The notes under the pieces are model-generated. The model made no database searches and was not told the DNA's origin. It saw only the letters and a program-made list of their open reading frames with translations. Of a stretch of DNA of 64,000 nt, positions 62,793 to 64,000 are shown one piece after another; within the stretch, counting starts at the first letter, position 1; each line of letters starts with the position of its first letter. Origin of the DNA: an uncultured Armatimonadetes bacterium (GTDB taxonomy: Bacteria > Armatimonadota > Hebobacteria > Hebobacterales > Hebobacteraceae); contig OY970296.1 of assembly GCA_963716175.1 (NCBI GenBank), positions 4,160,001 to 4,224,000 of the forward strand, given 5' to 3'. A program made the translations under genes and the position numbers.

Positions 62793-63416
62793 GTGACCGA
62801 CACGATTGCTGAGATCAGACAGGTAGCGCAGCAGGCGGCCTCGGTCTTGCCGCACAGCTTCGAGATCATCACTGCCCTCGACGGGGAGCAGATTCCGCCG
62901 GAAGCGCTGAGCGAGGACCACACGATCGGGCTATACGGAGACATCATCCCCCGTAAGATGCGCGAGAGCGCAGACGGGTTCCGGGAGGTCGAGGTCGCGG
63001 ACTTCATGCCACAGCTCACATACGGGCCCACCGCGACGGGGATCCAGGCGCAGTGGTTCCTGGAGTATCCCGCGCTCCGCAATGTGCGCTTCCGGGCGGA
63101 GAAGCTTCAGTACCTGGAAGAGGGGTGGTGGGCGGTTACCGCCGAGGTCAAGTACGCGGCGGCGACCGTGCTTGCTCTCCTCTATCTCCTGAAGAAGCTA
63201 TATGGTGCGGTGCACATCTGCGTGAACGCGCAGCTCCCTATGCCGCTGTGGCTGCGCGCCGCGCCGCTCGGGCAGGATTCGCGCGGCGTGCAAGCAGTCG
63301 TCCAGGCACGAGGCGGGGACAAGGTTCTGTTCACGAACATCCACAGCGAGTGCAGCATGGCCTACGCGCGGCAGTTCGCGGACGATGTCCGCAGCTACTA
63401 CCAGCCAGCGGAATAG
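62793..63416 (+). CDS. Hypothetical protein
   Basis: GGAGGAG SD and GTG; protein-like composition in the non-overlapping tail of ORF 61401-63416. Confidence 0.6.
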   Translation: MTDTIAEIRQVAQQAASVLPHSFEIITALDGEQIPPEALSEDHTIGLYGDIIPRKMRESADGFREVEVADFMPQLTYGPTATGIQAQWFLEYPALRNVRFRAEKLQYLEEGWWAVTAEVKYAAATVLALLYLLKKLYGAVHICVNAQLPMPLWLRAAPLGQDSRGVQAVVQARGGDKVLFTNIHSECSMAYARQFADDVRSYYQPAE

Positions 63417-63451
63417 CAGGCGGGTCGCCGACTGAAGCCGCGGATCACCGC

Positions 63452-64000
63452 CTAGAGCGCACTCAGCCCATCCGCCCGTCGCAGGCTCGTATCTCCCAGG
63501 TCTTCCTCCGGGCGGATCGAGGCCAGACGGTCCAATACCGCGTCGAGCTGAGCAGGGGTAAGTGCACGCTCAACCATGGGGAAGATGAGATTGTCCTCCT
63601 TGGCCGCGTGGCGCTCCAGCAAACTCTTGAAAAGGCCGAACTGCACCCGGAGCTGATGGCCTTCCTGCTCGCCCAGTCTGCCGGCCGCTTCGGCTTCTGC
63701 CAGGGCACCGATCATCTCATCCATGCGGGCCACCAGCACGGTGTGGGCGCTGAGATCGTCCTCCGCCTCCTCCCGGAAGAACTGAGCGATGACGTCCGCC
63801 CTGCGCGCTCCTTCGGACACCATGCGTCTGACGTCCGGGAACAGCCCCTCTTCCTCCCGGCGGAAGTGCAGCCGCATGCCGGCCTGGAAGTAGGCCAGAC
63901 GCGCCCGGAGCGAGCCGCTCAAGGCCTCCCCGGTGGCCTCCGGGCTCCTGGCGAGGCCCCGCACCGTGGCCTCGAAGGCCGCGGTGTCCTTCCTCAGTAT
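63452..64000 (-). CDS. Hemerythrin/HHE cation-binding domain protein (5' end outside the window)
   Basis: HFRREEEGLFP and HAAKEDNLIFP; frame open to the window edge. Confidence 0.85.
   Translation of the reverse strand: MLRKDTAAFEATVRGLARSPEATGEALSGSLRARLAYFQAGMRLHFRREEEGLFPDVRRMVSEGARRADVIAQFFREEAEDDLSAHTVLVARMDEMIGALAEAEAAGRLGEQEGHQLRVQFGLFKSLLERHAAKEDNLIFPMVERALTPAQLDAVLDRLASIRPEEDLGDTSLRRADGLSAL

Overview
GC-rich bacterial chromosome segment, mostly housekeeping and metabolic genes. SLH proteins, DUF6785-type transporters and many glycoside hydrolases and aldo/keto reductases suggest an Armatimonadota-like anaerobe (inference only). Genes include smc (5' part), dppA, rex, ubiE/menG, glcDE, an archaeal-type homocysteine synthesis trio (DUF39, NIL-ferredoxin, UPF0280), two hicBA loci, uppP, fixABCX with a ferredoxin-fused FixB, htrA, plsC, GH106, an MttB-family gene, thrS, tRNA-Val(GAC), pckA, modAB, and a 23S-5S unit with its own promoter and no 16S. 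There is no CRISPR array, transposase or integrase. The main signals are non-coding: (1) a Thr-rich leader-peptide attenuator between tRNA-Val and thrS; (2) two candidate orphan structured RNAs at 5591-5753 and 10452-10590; (3) repeated copies of the 5S rRNA 3' end bracketing a decayed hicBA cassette, as if 5S were an integration site; (4) several 41-44 bp inserts flanked by 15-32 bp duplications; (5) REP palindromes in frame inside proteins; (6) a 23S rRNA with a helix-45 insertion and a compensated U-A pair in the sarcin-ricin loop; (7) two probable ATT/ATC start codons. Five single-base frameshifts, four of them in base runs, look like long-read consensus errors, so single-base oddities need caution. 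All annotation is by eye; no searches were run.
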